Source: Auanema rhodensis (lineage: Eukaryota; Animalia; Nematoda). From it: a DNA stretch of 64,000 nucleotides. Made by a program: the position numbers and the translations under genes. This document shows positions 24,796 through 39,000 of this stretch, one piece after another. The notes below the pieces were generated by a model that searched no databases, had not been told where the DNA came from, and was given only the letters and a program-made list of their open reading frames with translations. Each line of letters starts with the position of its first letter. The stretch's first letter is position 1. The DNA lies in contig OZ059898.1 in NCBI GenBank assembly GCA_964057225.1, positions 4,464,001-4,528,000 on the forward strand, given 5' to 3'.

Positions 24796-25811
24796 ATGTC
24801 TGATAGTAATGAAAGAACTTGTTATGTTGGAAACCTTGCCCCTGATCTAACCGATGAATTAATCAAAGAACTTTTCGTTCAGGTATTCAGTAGCTTGATT
24901 TTCATTAAAAAATATTTTATAGGTGGGACCTGTGGAGAAGGTTATTGTACGAAATAATGATTCTCGTAAATATGCATTAATAGTTTTTGAAGATGAAGAA
25001 TCTGTACCTTTTGCCATTGAAACACTTGATAATGTTCGTTTGTTTGATGTTTCAATCTCGGTAAAACCACGAAAAGGAAGTAGACAGGTTTTTTTTTTAA
25101 TTTTCATATTGATATTAATGCTATTCAGGAAATCGCATATAAAAAAAAGTATGATAGAGTTCGTAAAGAAGAAATCGATAAACGAAGATCGTGCCCAGAG
25201 TGAGTTTTTTTTCATCAGACTGTCTATTATTATTATCATTGTTTATGAGCCTATTTTCAGTATTCCTGGTATGTATCAGAATGATTCATCGCTGGGATTC
25301 AATCCAATGGCACAAATAGCTTCTTTTGCAAATGGTATATTGGTTTTGTTTTGTTGATAAAAGGTGTTTCTAATTTTTAGGACTTCCTCCACCTCCTCCT
25401 CCACCTTTTTGTACTCCACCTATGTCACGTAAAATGGAGTAAGATGTTTTATAATTTAATGTTTTCTTATGTTTATTCTTATTAAGCTATAAAATTTCTA
25501 ATTCCGCTCCACGAGATAATTGGCACACACCACCCGATAGAGGTGATTATGATTACCGTAATAACCGTAGCGGAGATAAATATAGGTATGTCGTACAAAT
25601 AAATTTCGTTTAAGTTTTCTTATTTAGTGATTATTCTTCTTCAAGAAGAAATAACGGAAAATTAACGTTTCCCTCGAAAAATGAAAGATCCGATAGAAGC
25701 AGGGAGAGGTATAACGACGGGGGTAGAGATTACGACAGACGTGATACTCGCGAATACCGGGATAACAGAGATCGAAGTCAACGACGTGGTTATGATGGTC
25801 GAAGATGGTAG
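24796..25811 (+). CDS. rbm-7: RBM7/RBM11-like single-RRM protein with poly-Pro and RD/RS-rich tail
   Basis: RTCYVGNLAPDLTDELIKELFVQVGPVEKV..YALIVFEDEESVPFAIETLDNVRLF matches the RBM7-type RRM. Last exon reads ..RDYDRRDTREYRDNRDRSQRRGYDGRRW*, TAG 25809-25811. Confidence 0.8.
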
Positions 25812-26711
25812 ACAGATGTTGTTAATTTTTGTCCTAAAATCTATTTCGTGTATCCTATGTTGGATTTTATCGAATCTGCATTAACAATGACTTAAATATT
25901 CAACAAAACACTTTGTTTATTTGAAACAGATAATCGGTATAGCATTTCTGAACTGTTCATGGCTGGATCTCCTTGGTATTATCTTTTCCTGTTGAACTAC
26001 ACAGTCTTCCTACTTGTGACCGCTTAATCATAACCAATGTTAATTCAAAATTTTTGATGTATCCTTTATAAATTGATGGACACTATAAAATGTATTTTGT
26101 TATTTTTTTTTTGATTATGTGGTTTAAATCCACAAATTACTTGTAAAGATTTTGTCTTTTTGATGAATTCTCGGATTCAGAATCTGAGCTCTAAGCTTAT
26201 TGTAGATCAATATTTCAGATTGCATGACGAGCTATCTCTAAAAATTATGAACGCTCTAGAAAACCTCGGTTAGTTTCTTATAGATTGTTTGCTGACCCAT
26301 TGAGTTGTCTAATTTCGAAGAAATTGTGTTTCAAGCTTGTTAAAATATTCAATTTTATATCTCCTGTTTCTCTCCGTTGTTACCAAACTCCGCAGGTGAC
26401 GGGGGCGTGTTTCCTTTCCTCTTAACGACTCCGCCTCTGGTATAGAGCTGAGCTAAACTGCTGCAGCATCCAGTGCTAAAGCTTGATCAATAGCTATTGA
26501 TTATTGCTGCAGTTTATGATTTTTGATGCTATATTTCTTTAGCTTTTATTTTTTATTTTTTTATTTGATTATTAGATTAGTATGTGTCTTCTCTTGCTAA
26601 TTTTTCAATTCCACATCTGAAATTTTCTTGAGTTATTGTCTTGTTCTCTACTGTTAATCAGTATCATTGATTTTGCATGTTATAAGGAATGAAACCATTT
26701 CCAGGTTATTT

Positions 26712-29700
26712 ATGCCCGACGATCGCTTTGCGGATGCTGTTAAACCAGCATTAGGTAAACGACTGTTCAGTATTTTTTATATAATTTTTGGTTGATCGTC
26801 CTTATGTTTTGAACAAATTAACATCTTCACAATTCTTCTTGACTTGATTTCATTCACGTGTTCAACATCATTCTCACCACCTAATTCTTGTCGACACTTA
26901 TTTATTTGCATGTAACTAATCAGTATGATATTCAATGATGCTTCACAAGGTATGCATGTCATATTTATATAAGTTTACTAACATATTTGAATATTTATGT
27001 TTAGTTGTATTGAAATTTCTGGAATTACGTTTTTGATTTTGCATTCCTGTGGTGTTGTAAAGCATGCTTGTGTCTTTTTCTCTCGCGCTATCTCATAATC
27101 CGGAATGCTCTAACTTGAAGTAGACTCTGCCATCCGGACTTTCCTGTGTGAGATGAGAAAAGATCTGGAATCACATGAACAGCTGATATTTTCTGTTAAA
27201 TGTAACATATAGCAATTGCAGCCAGATTGTGAAAAAATGACTTTAGTTAGTATTGCATGCCGTAATGTTGGAATCATAATTAGAATGTGTATTTGTTCCC
27301 AATAATAAGAAATACATCTCATACGGGTATTATACTCTTTTTTTTATTTTCAGAAGCCCTGCTGTCTGATCTTCAACACACAACTGAAGTTCTGCGTCGT
27401 GCTAACCTTAGTGACAGTTATTCTCAGTCTCGTGAAGATTTAGAGCCTATCTATCAGGAACAAACGAAGCGTTCTTCCAGGTGAGAAAAACTGTTTGAAT
27501 TGCAATGTTTTTTTCTTACCTAACAATGTGCTGTGTTTTTTATTTGGCATTCAGAAATGGTTCATATGCTAACGATCTTGATGATATAGAGCGAATGGTA
27601 CAAAGTTACTCAGCAGAGAGAGAAAAAGATAAAAGACGTAGTTATGATGGTGTGTTTCGTGTTTTAATAAAAAAATTGTCGTTTTTGCCGTGCTGATATC
27701 TAACTTGCTAGTACTTTAGAAGCTCATAGTCCAAGAAATAGTGTGCAACAACCTCCAAGGCCTTCTGTCCAATCTTTATTAAACCAATTAGATGATACAG
27801 TAAGCAGGTAACCATACTGTATGCATGAAGCCATAGTGGCATAATATTTTATGTTTCTTTTTTCTTACATTCGTGAATATATCTCTAACGTTAATGCTAT
27901 CGTTCTGAAGGAAGACGACTTTTCATTTTTCCCATTATCTCCCACTCACTGTTTCGCGCGGAACAAGGACCTGTTTGCTCCGCGTGCCAGTGAGTTCTCT
28001 AACCTTCCTCCGACGATCTCTATCACCATTGGCTTTTTGTGCTCTTCTGCGAATTCCGCCGCTTGAATTCAGCTGTATTCACTTATATTCTGTTCTAAAA
28101 TTACTAAATTAAAATGATGCGCGAACTGCAACAACGATTTGATCATTACAGCTCTCGACGTAGTCTCGGGCCTCCTAGTCATGCTCAATCGTACAATGAT
28201 GTGGTGAGTTCTTTATCATTTGTTTAAAATTAAATTTATATCTAACAAGTTGTCTCTGAAAGCCAATTTCATATTCTTATTTTACCGGTCTTTATTTTCG
28301 CGATATCTTCTGTTCAAAATGCTTGATCAACATCAATTTCTAATTAAAAATTTGTGTGGAGTGGGCGGTATGAAGCACTGTTTCATTTTATTCTCTTCGT
28401 GATTGCAAGTGGTGTTGAGGAATGTTTGCGAATCGGAAGAATTCCTGTGTGGAGATGAGGGGGTGAAAAGGAAGGTACGAAGATAGAATAGGGAAAATAG
28501 GAGACATAGCTTGATTTGCGCAACTTATGCCACCACCGGTCGGGCATGACAAGAGATTATGCAGCATCTTGTTGTAACTTTGATGTTCTGACTCTGACTG
28601 TTTTTATGCTTCACTGCTTATCGACAAGAAGTTCATTCAGCACACTAAGACGACTTATTAGAGAATAGAAAATGTTTGAGGATTGTGAGCGCTCATTTCC
28701 CTTATTTCTTTTAAGAGAGGACGTTCACCTTCTCGCGACCCATCTCATGCTGATTCAATGATTGGAACTCTTAACAGTGAATATAGCAGTAAGCATGGAA
28801 TATCTACTATTCCCAAAGGAGACTGTGCCTTTTGTGGTAAACCCATTGTGGGACAGGTATGTATCAATCGAAATATTATGACACTATTTTATCGTCTTAA
28901 GGTTGTTATTGCTTTGGCTAAAATGTGGCATCCTGAGCACTACACATGCTGTGAATGCGGCTCTGAACTTGGACATCGCAACTTTTTCGAAAGGTCATTA
29001 CTTTACACGTTTTATTTCTTCTACTCCTTATGTTAATCTGTGATATGCTAAAATTTTCGTGATTAATTGAATTTTCTGACTCTTTTCTATAAGTATTTTA
29101 CAGAAATGGTAAAGCTTACTGTGAGGAAGACTATCACAATCAATTCAGTCCTCGCTGTGCTGGCTGTAATAATGCCATTAAAGATGTAATTTCCTTTTTT
29201 TTTGTTATATTTTCTCGTAATGATATAAAATATGTTCTTGTTTTATAGCGCTGCGTTACTGCCCTAAACAAGAATTTCCATTTGCAATGTTTCTGTTGCT
29301 CTGAATGTGGTAAAGAATTAGGAGAAGAAGGGTTTCATGAGAAGGTGAATTTTCATACCATTTTTTGTATTGTTCTTTTTTTATATTCTGTAAAGCATCT
29401 TTTTTTTAGAACGGTCAAGTTTTTTGTCGTAAAGATTTCTTCCGTTTATTCGCACCCAGATGCAACGGATGTCAGCAAGCTATTACTGCTAACTTTATCA
29501 CAGCTCTTGGAACTCATTGGCATCCAGATTGTTTCGTATGCCAGGTAATTTAAATTTATCTTCATGATTGTTTGGCTGCCCATATGGGTTTTCGATGTTA
29601 TCGTCATGTTTGTTGTCGTCGTTGTTGAAATTGTTTGTTTTGTCTAGACTTGCGGTGTTGGATTTGACGGAGGATCGTTCTTCGACCATGCTGGATTACC

Positions 29701-29941
29701 ACTTTGTGAGCAACATTATCACGAAAAGCGAGGAAGTCTTTGCGTTCAATGTCGCCATCCAATAACGGGAAGATGTGTGACTGCAATTGGTAACAAGTAT
29801 CATCCAGAACATTTCCGATGTACATATTGTAACCGTCAATTAACAAAAGGAACTTTCAAGGAAGTTGATAGACGACCATTCTGTCACAAATGTTATAATA
29901 CTACTTTTGCTCTTTCTCCTAACGAGAACTACAGAGCATAA
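26712..29941 (+). CDS. pxl-1: Paxillin (LD motifs + four LIM domains)
   Basis: [32 protein letters not shown]-terminus; four LIM domains starting [33 protein letters not shown]; stop TAA 29939-29941. Confidence 0.95.
28114..28203 (+). CDS. pxl-1: Alternative first coding exon of a short, LIM-only pxl-1 isoform
   Basis: ATG 28114 [30 protein letters not shown] followed by a GTGAGT donor, in frame with the exon at 28716. An internal acceptor at 28150-28151 is usable by the long isoform. Confidence 0.65.
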
Positions 29942-32900
29942 AAAGTTATGTAACAATCATATCCAGTGCATATTGGCCGCACCAATAATTCTCTAACGTT
30001 TCAATTAATTTGTTTAATCTTCCCAATTCACTTATACTACATACATATATGCCTTCAACATTTCAAACTTATATCAGCTCTGTCTTTGCTCACACTTGAT
30101 TTTATAAAACTAACTACTCACTTATTTGACTATCTATGTCATTGGCGTTGCAATATGTTTCATATTCATACTTTATACTCTTTTAGTTTTGTACGTGTTT
30201 CTCTTTATTGAATATCATGATCACTAATAATCTAGTTAATGACTTAATTGTGTTAGTTGTAGTTTTATAAATAATCAAAGTTGCTATTTCAATTTACGAA
30301 ATACGATTTAGGGAGATGAACATTTCGCTAAACTTTGTCCAATGAGCGTTACATACTTTGAAGAAGAAGAGGCATACTAAGCGTTTGTAATCGATTCTTA
30401 TATACTAATCTATACCTGTAATAAATGTTCCTAATCAATAATGGTATTTTATCAGATGTATAGTGCATATATTATTTTCAATCAGTCTGCTGCTCAGACA
30501 TGAAGTTAGAATCAAGTAGAAAAAAAAGCAATCAAAAGATCACATCATTCAGGAAAAATACATATTTTATTTCACTTCACTTCACTGATGAAACAAAAAA
30601 TGAGGATCAAGATAAACTAAAAACCTATTGAACAAGAATTTAGAAAGAAGAGATACCATGAGAAAACTATATGTGACAAATACTTGATGGATCGGGTGTA
30701 TAAGGCTGTATATCGGCTACCATCTTGCATACACAGACACGCAGTGAAGTGGGAGACAATGCCTGTGTGACCTTCGTGTAGAACTGTCGAGCAAATAGAT
30801 CAATTCTCGTTTACTGTAGCTGGGTGTTGTGTGTCGATGACGATATACGTATTGTGAATACGTGGGTTCAGAGACGAAGAGGGGGAAGAAACGAAGGATA
30901 GAGAAAATACGAAGAAAGGAGATAGGACGTGTAACTAGAGAAACGAAGAAAAGAATGCAGACCTTCACGTTGTCGGTTTTCAATCGATGATTTCAATATT
31001 GCTTTCAAGAGAATAACAAACTATGACCTTCTTCGCTTTTACTTTTCTAACAATGTCGTTGTTGCTGACGGCGTGTACTTTGTCATGTTTTCTAACCGAT
31101 ATACTCTGACAATATGACTTCGTATATTCTTCGAAGGAGGAATGTATTGGTTTTGAACTTAAGGACGATAAGCAGCATTAAGCGGAAAAGAAAAATTCAA
31201 CACAAGTCTTATAAGAATACAATGTGAAATGCCACACCTGTACGAATAAGGATGAATCGTTTTAACTACATATTTTGTCAGCAAGATTTTGAAGATATGT
31301 GAAATAGGAAAAATGGAGACAAGGGAGGGTTGGCATTGGGACCAAGAGAGCGTTTGCTAACTAGTCAGCAGCAGTACTAGCAGCAGCAGCAGCAGATACC
31401 CAGTCCCAATATATGGAGCGCGGTCAATGAACACATTGGACTAGAGGGAGATGAATGGATAGACGTAACGAGAGAGAAGGGAAGAGGAAGGGGAAGTGGA
31501 ATAGAATCATAGATGCAGAGTGTAGGCATAGCTACTGTTATACGAGTGCAGTTGAGAAACAGAGATAAAGAGTGGAGTAGTGCGCAAAGACCCAGAGACC
31601 TTGTGCAGGCAGCGAAGCAGACACAGGGTCATAGTAAGAGAATAAAAATAATATAGAATTAGAGAAGCAGAAAAGAATAGAGAAAAGGATATAGTGAAAA
31701 GAAAGAAAGAAAGAGAATGTCAGAGAAAAGGGGGAAAGATAGACGTACACATAGCCCCTTCGCCACCATTAGGCCACAGCCATTATCGATTTTCGACGCC
31801 CACCCTCCCCATAGCATTCGTGGTAGTATGGGGAGAGAGTATGTTGTTCTCCTCTTCTACTCCCCCATCCAACAACCCACTCCCAACCAACCAACGCATA
31901 CAGACAGCCTACTCGTTTTCTCCTTGTAAACTAAGCATTTTTTTGCTCTTTGTCATTAAGGGATTCCTTTAAGTATATATCTAACTTTATGTGTCAATTT
32001 TTACTCATACATATCTTTTATTTTTTGTAGGTTTGTCTTTTTTATCTTATTTTGAACACTAGTAATTCATTAAGATTTTTTTATTGAAAATAAAAATAAC
32101 TTCATGAAGATCTAGCTCTTTTTCGTACTATTTTTCAAAATTTTCCGTTATAAGTAGAATTTCTACTTTCAACAGTTCTGTTTATAAATTCTGTCAAAAT
32201 ATTTAAAATAAGAAATGGATAATTTTGCAACACAATGAACATTTCCTTATTTCCGAAAAGCATTACTTTATCAATTCTAATCGAAACTATATTTGCAACT
32301 CCCATTCACGTAGCTTCAACGTGACACTCGAATCATTGATTGATTTTTCAAATTTTATTCTGCACGTACTCATTTATAAGAGATTGACTATAATTGATAT
32401 AGTTCTTCATTTTTCTTTTTCAAACACCTTTGTGAAATGTTATCATCCACACAGATATCGATTTGTTTTCGTCATGGTAGTTTTCTTACTTTCTTTTATT
32501 AACAATATTTTATTACTGTTATTTTTTAAATAATTCAGTTGATGTATTAATTTGAGTATTTTTAATTTATAAACTGTCTTGAAATCGGTATTGCAGATTC
32601 ATTATATTAGTTTCATTTCCTACGCATTGTTCGAAAGGACTAGCACAGTTTATTGTATTGCTGTCATTTTTTCTTGTCTGCAATTCTTTTCTTATCTTTT
32701 TCGTGAATACTATATCTTCTATATTGATTGTCGTACTAATTAGATATCAACTCGCGTAAAAGCGAACAATTCTCAAGCTTCCGCTATGAAATTTTTTTTT
32801 TGTTTATTATACTTTCTTACTGGTATTCGTTTATTTATTATTTCATGTGCAACAATTGACTTTCTATAAATTCATATCATTAGTTATAGACTGCGCACTT

Positions 32901-33066
32901 GTATATGTTCTTGTAATTTCTCAGGAGACAGTTGATTATTTTGCGGGATGAGCTTATGCTATAATTTCATTCCAATTAACACTGTCATATTTCCCCTGCA
33001 CGGATTTTCAACTCAATAGGTATGTTAAAAACATATAAATAAAAATAATATTGTTCAGTTCTGAAA

Positions 33067-36000
33067 ATGAAAGAAATGTTGGGGGGATGCTGTGTCTGTT
33101 CAGACGAAAACGGATGGGCAGACAATCCCCTCATTTATTGTGATGGCCCTGGCTGTGAAGTAGCTGTGCATCAAGGTTTGATATTTTTATCTATAAAGAA
33201 AACACTCTTTCTGCTAATATATTGATTGTTCTATTTTATTCAATTTTTTCTTGAACTTTGCTAATGTGAAGATACATCTCCGTTGTCTTTTTTTGAAAAG
33301 CTGTATTATAGGTTGCTATGGGATTCAAGAAGTCCCTGAAGGAGAATGGTTGTGTGCTAAATGTCAAGCTTCTACTTCCTTTGATGGTGAGACCAAGGTT
33401 GCTCGTTGTGAACTGTGTCCTTTTGGATATGGAGCACTCAAACGGACTAACAAAAATGGTAGGCTCTCTATTTGTTTTGTACTTTCAATACCAAATATTG
33501 CCTTCAGGATGGGCACATGTTATATGTGCATTGTATATTCCCGAGGTTCGGTTTGGCGATGTTCATAGTATGGATCCAGTAATTCTAACCGATATTCCTG
33601 TCGAGCGTTTCAATAAACCGTGTTACCTATGTGAACAATCCGGGAATCCAGCTGCAGCTGCCGTAGGTGCCTCTATGTATTGCAACAAAAACGGCTGCAA
33701 GGTTTACAAAGTTCCAATGTTCTATGTTATAATATTCGCTTTAGCGTGGATTTCATGTAACATGCGCACAACAACAAGGCTTGTTATGCGAGGAAGGAGG
33801 GGTCGGAAAAAATGTAAAATATTGTGGTTACTGTGCTCATCACATGAAAAAAGCCGTAAGTTTTAATCTTGTATCAATTGCTTGCCTGTTTCGTTTTTTT
33901 TCTATATTCGCAACAGTAATCAATTCTGCTGAATACTCTATATTCATTTAATTACCTTTTTTATCAAAACAAATTTGTTCAAGTAATATTATAATTTTTG
34001 ATTGGATTCACAGAGGACTTAATGTTTTATCAAGAATTTTATGTTCATGTGTATACTCTGACATAACGTTTATTCTGTATTTTTTTAAGTTCGGCCTTGG
34101 CTATAGCGCTAATTGGTGAATAGCTTGAACAAAAAAAGGTATTAGTATATGAGACACAGATTCCAATCAATACAGCAAAATACTCTGCTTTCTCCCTCAA
34201 TCACTATCATAGCGCAGCAAACCCATTGATGTGAACTTTTCTCTCATTCTTCAACTGTTCTTCTCATACGTTCTCCTAATATTACGCCGATATATGCTCT
34301 CTGTTCACGAGCTCCTTCCTCTTTCTTGTTCTCGTTCGAATCATATACACCGCTTTGTTTGATGCTGGGCTAAATGTATACATATGAGTCCTACGTGTAT
34401 GTGTAGACAGGATCCTATTATTGATGTGAAGCAGTTATTCTAAAGTTGGTTACTGTCTTTAACCTCACCTTCTTAAGAAAGTGGGTAGCAATCATTATTG
34501 CAAAATTAACTTAAGCATAGTTACTCCTCTCATTGATTTTATGCGTTCTTAAGATAACGTAGTGAGATTATGTCTTTACGTTGACGATTCATGATTAAAA
34601 TATCGTTTTTTAATAGTTTATAATATCTGCTTGATTTTTCATTCAACCAATAGTTTGTAGACTTCAATGTTTATATACAGGAGAGAGTGGCTGTCAGAAT
34701 GAAAAACATAATCAGCCAGTGGTATAATGGGGTCTACATTTGGCTATTAGCCAGCTGTAACAAGCGAATAAGATGATGTTTGTCCTTGAAAAAATTATCT
34801 CATACCTGTCACGCTATCATCGCTATGCATGATCACTTATCTGATCAGTTCTTGTTAAGATCTTGTCATCATTGAAATATTCTGATACTTTTACTATTAA
34901 AGGTATAGAAAACAAATAATGTGAGCTCATTTTTGATTACGTATCACAATCACTTTTGGTTTTCTATGTTCTGTTGCAGATATTATTTCTGTAGTGTTGC
35001 CACGACATCATTTTTCCTATGTGCATTGTAGTAGATTTGCACTTTATTTTATTGATTGTTTTAAAACCAAATATGATATCTAATCGTTGGTTAATAAGAG
35101 TCATTGAAGTTAAATACATCACACAAAATTCTATTGCAAATATAAAACAGTTTGGTCAGATATATCAATAGCAAGTTCGGTCATATGGGCCATGAGTCAC
35201 AGCTTCCCAACCGCTTTCTCTACAACCAGAACTTATCTTGTCCGGTGTTTTCGATATCATTGACTGAAAACGATTGAATTCTCTACATCGACAATCTGAC
35301 TCTTTCGCTATTCCCTTGTTGACTTTTCCGCAAAAATCGATCAATTGTCAGCATTGAGTGCAAGGTGTCTGGGTCGAGGTCTAGTCAGTCAGTATCGGCA
35401 GGGTTGCTGTCTTTCGTTCTCATTCTCTTCCATTTTCTGTCTTCTTCTATGCTTATCTATATTCAAGTAGTTCAATAATTCGGAGCCTATCGTTTGGTGG
35501 TATTGTATCATTGTGTTAAACATGTCGATAACAATGTTACTACTTCCACTGGTATTGATTGCTTTCGTTTGAATTAAAGACTTGGCAAAAGTAGTTTTAT
35601 CCACATTTATCGATGTAACCTTCTTTCTACTAGGTTTCACTAGGTTCTAATTATAGTTTTCATTATTCTCTGTATGAACACTTTCTTATATTATTCTCTC
35701 CTTCTCTCTCTATATATATATATATATTTGCGTGCTATAGCGCGATAACTTCTTTTATTTGTGAGTCTTCTGGCACGTATACAAATCTCTTGGTTTCCAC
35801 ACAGGAGCCAATCGATTAGATGACGTCTCTGGGTCCATCTCCCCATACTAGCCTTTTCTGTCACTCTCGCTCTTTCTTTTTTTTCATTTGTATATATAAA
35901 TAAAAAAAAAATATATATATATATATGTGAAATTTATGTTTTATATGCATTACTTTACTTATATTTTTTAACTTTATATATAAATATAAATATATATATA

Positions 36001-39000
36001 TATTATATAAGTAAGTAGAGGGAGAGAAAGAGAGAAAGAGAAATGGATATATATATATGTGTGTGTGTCTGTGTGTGCTGTTTGTGTGTAGTAATAACAA
36101 TGGGGGTCGTAGGTCGTGGACGCGGTGGCGCTAGCCCTCTGTTCCTCTTTCTCTCGCACGCTCCCTCCTCTCTTCTCCTCCCCTCTCTCTTCACTAATGC
36201 CCACAATCGATTTATGCCTTCCTCTACCCTCAGACCTTCTCTATGTACATTTGCAACACAGACAGCTTGCAGTCAGTCATAACACTATTTAATGAGATTT
36301 ATATTTCGTGTAATATCTTTAATATTTTCATGTACTGATATATAGTTCCACATTCCATTTGCTAATACTTCAAGATTCCTCTTTTTTTTTCTTTTTTTAT
36401 TAACTTTCTATGTAAGTGAGGTTTCTTTTAACAGAAATGACGTTAGATTATTGGCATGACTGTTGTTATTCTGGATTATTATATCTTCATACTATTAAAA
36501 ATCCAAAGACATTGCTGTTGCTGATTTTGTAATTGCAGTAGTATCGACTTTTATCATTTCACATGCAAGTTAATTGTACTGATTGTACCTCGTCTGGTCT
36601 ACTCTCGAATATTTGAAAGAAAAAGGATGCAGAATGCAGAATTATATATATATATATATTTTTGTATGAAAGTTCCATTTCAGTCGCTGGTAAAAGAGAT
36701 CATTTTCCAAGTTTAAGGTTTTTGATATTGATTTAAATCGTTCTATACACCTAGCAATCATGTACATAGTGTAATTCCTAGGATGTTGGAATGTTGAAAG
36801 ACCTCGTAAGGCCTTTCGCCAGTGCATACGTTTAGTGAATTTCTTCTTCTCTTTTAATGTCTTCACGTGTCGTATGAATCAATGAAATGAATAGGTTGAA
36901 TGATAGAAAGGTGGAAAACGTTTTATTCCACTGTCTGATTCAATGACAACTTCAAATCTATGTTTCATTATTACTTATTTTTATATGCTGTTATATCTAT
37001 TACAAAGCGTTTAACGAAAAGTTTCAGTCGTCCTTAAGCTGTGTGAACGACCAATCATTTCAATCCTATATCCCTTTGCCTATCTTTTTCGACTCTAAGA
37101 GTCCTCATTCTCTTGGTCATTATTGCCAAATCTTGTTCCTTACGAGACAACCGAAGCAAATAACAGCAGCTTCAAATTCCTAGTAGTTTTAATCATGCTT
37201 ATGTTCTACTTTTTAAGTAAAAGGATGTATTCGAACTTTTTTCTTTTTTTAACTTTCCAAAACTTTGCTTATTATACGAAGTTGAAACTGGTGTATTTCT
37301 TGTTCTTAGCCTTGAGTACTCCATTTTTCATTTCCTCGTGTTTTCTCTCTGCACTGTATCTACTATTCATGTTCAAGGTACGCAGATGAAGACAGAGATA
37401 GTCTAACTTGCTGCCGTTTGGGCTATTTGACTAATGAAACTTAAGTTCATTCTTTTCCCGCTCATCACTCTCCTTTTCTTAAATTTATCTTGTCGTGTTT
37501 TCAAGCGGAGAATATTGATTCGTTTTCTTAATTTTAATAATTTAAATATCTCTTTCCAGGCATTAGATCCTTGCATAAAGCGTATACCACCCTGCCGGAT
37601 CCGTGCTCATCCATCGAGCAAATCGGAGTTGAGTCAGCCGACTCCACCAAGCAGTAACAGCAGCGGCCACATGTTAGTTGACCCTATTGCAAGGTGAGAA
37701 CTTCGCAAATGTGCTTATATATCTTCATTTTGTTATAGATCAGAGCAAGTTGTTTCTGTTTTGGGATTAACACAACCTACTGCTGATGATGCACATTTGG
37801 TTAACAATTTTTCACCTCCATTGACAACTTCCAGCAGATCGTCTGTGGTATTGGATGCTACTCCCCCTATGTCCAACAACACTGTATTTTTAAATATCAT
37901 ATCCTTGTAATTACTAGTTTTATTTCAGTCAAAACATGAAGGTTCAGACCATGTTTCGAATGGCCCCTCAACTAGCGCCTTACATGATTTTGCCAATGTA
38001 GCTATCGCTGGACAGGTATGGCTTGAATAAATATATTAATTTTAAAAGAAATGTTTAGAATCATAATCGGTTAAACAATGCTATTGATTTGAATGGTCAT
38101 ATTGACGAAAAACCTGGAATTGATGATAATTACCACAGTACAAGCCCTTTAACGTCGAAAGTTCTTCCAGGTATGATATTACTAGTCTTCCGAGATTCAT
38201 GTTTTGATTAAAGTTATAGGCAATAAGCGGCCACGAGATTTGAAACCTGACCCTCTTGGTGATAAATCCAAGCGACCGCGACCTAGTCATCGTAATGCAC
38301 AGGCGAAGAACATGAAAGCCTTGTTGGATGCTGTCGGTCCTCTTGTGTCTGAAACTGTATCAGATTTTCAAAGAGATCGGGCTGCGGGGCGCACAGAAGC
38401 TGAACGGCGTGTAGTTGTTCAAGCAACACCTTCCACATCGCATGATCAATCGCCCACAACGGCTCACTATCAGCAACATATTCCAGTTACCCATACAGGT
38501 AGAATAAATGTCTTTTTTTTTTAACAAATCTTATATTTTTAGTAACTCCTGTTGGTAACTCACATCTGGTTGGATCCAGTCCATCTACCAGTAGAAATCC
38601 ATGCACTCTCCCATCATCCATGGAACAACTCTTGGAACGGCAGTGGGTTCAAGGATCACAATTTTTAATATCTCAGGTATGCTTAACTACTTTTATTGTT
38701 ATTATTACTGTATGTGCGTTATAGGCCCAATTTGATGTTGCTCAATTACTTAATTGCCTACACCAATTAAAGTCTGAAAATGTGCGATTGGAAGAACAGT
38801 TGAGCTCTCTTAATCGAAGGAGAGATCACTTGTTAGCCTTGAATGCTAGACTGCAAATACCTTTAGTTGCCGGTAGCTTGAACAATGTCTCCACTGGTCA
38901 ATCTGCAACTTTGAATGTTCCTAGTAGCCAATCTTCATCCCAGGCACCTGTAAGATATTTCTTAGTTTCGTCTTCATAAATATTTATTTTAGTTGGCTAG

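Noticed and set aside
34408-34443. Possible alternative zfp-1 terminal exon DPIIDVKQLF*
   Set aside because: Poor acceptor context; similar chance candidates occur elsewhere in the intron.
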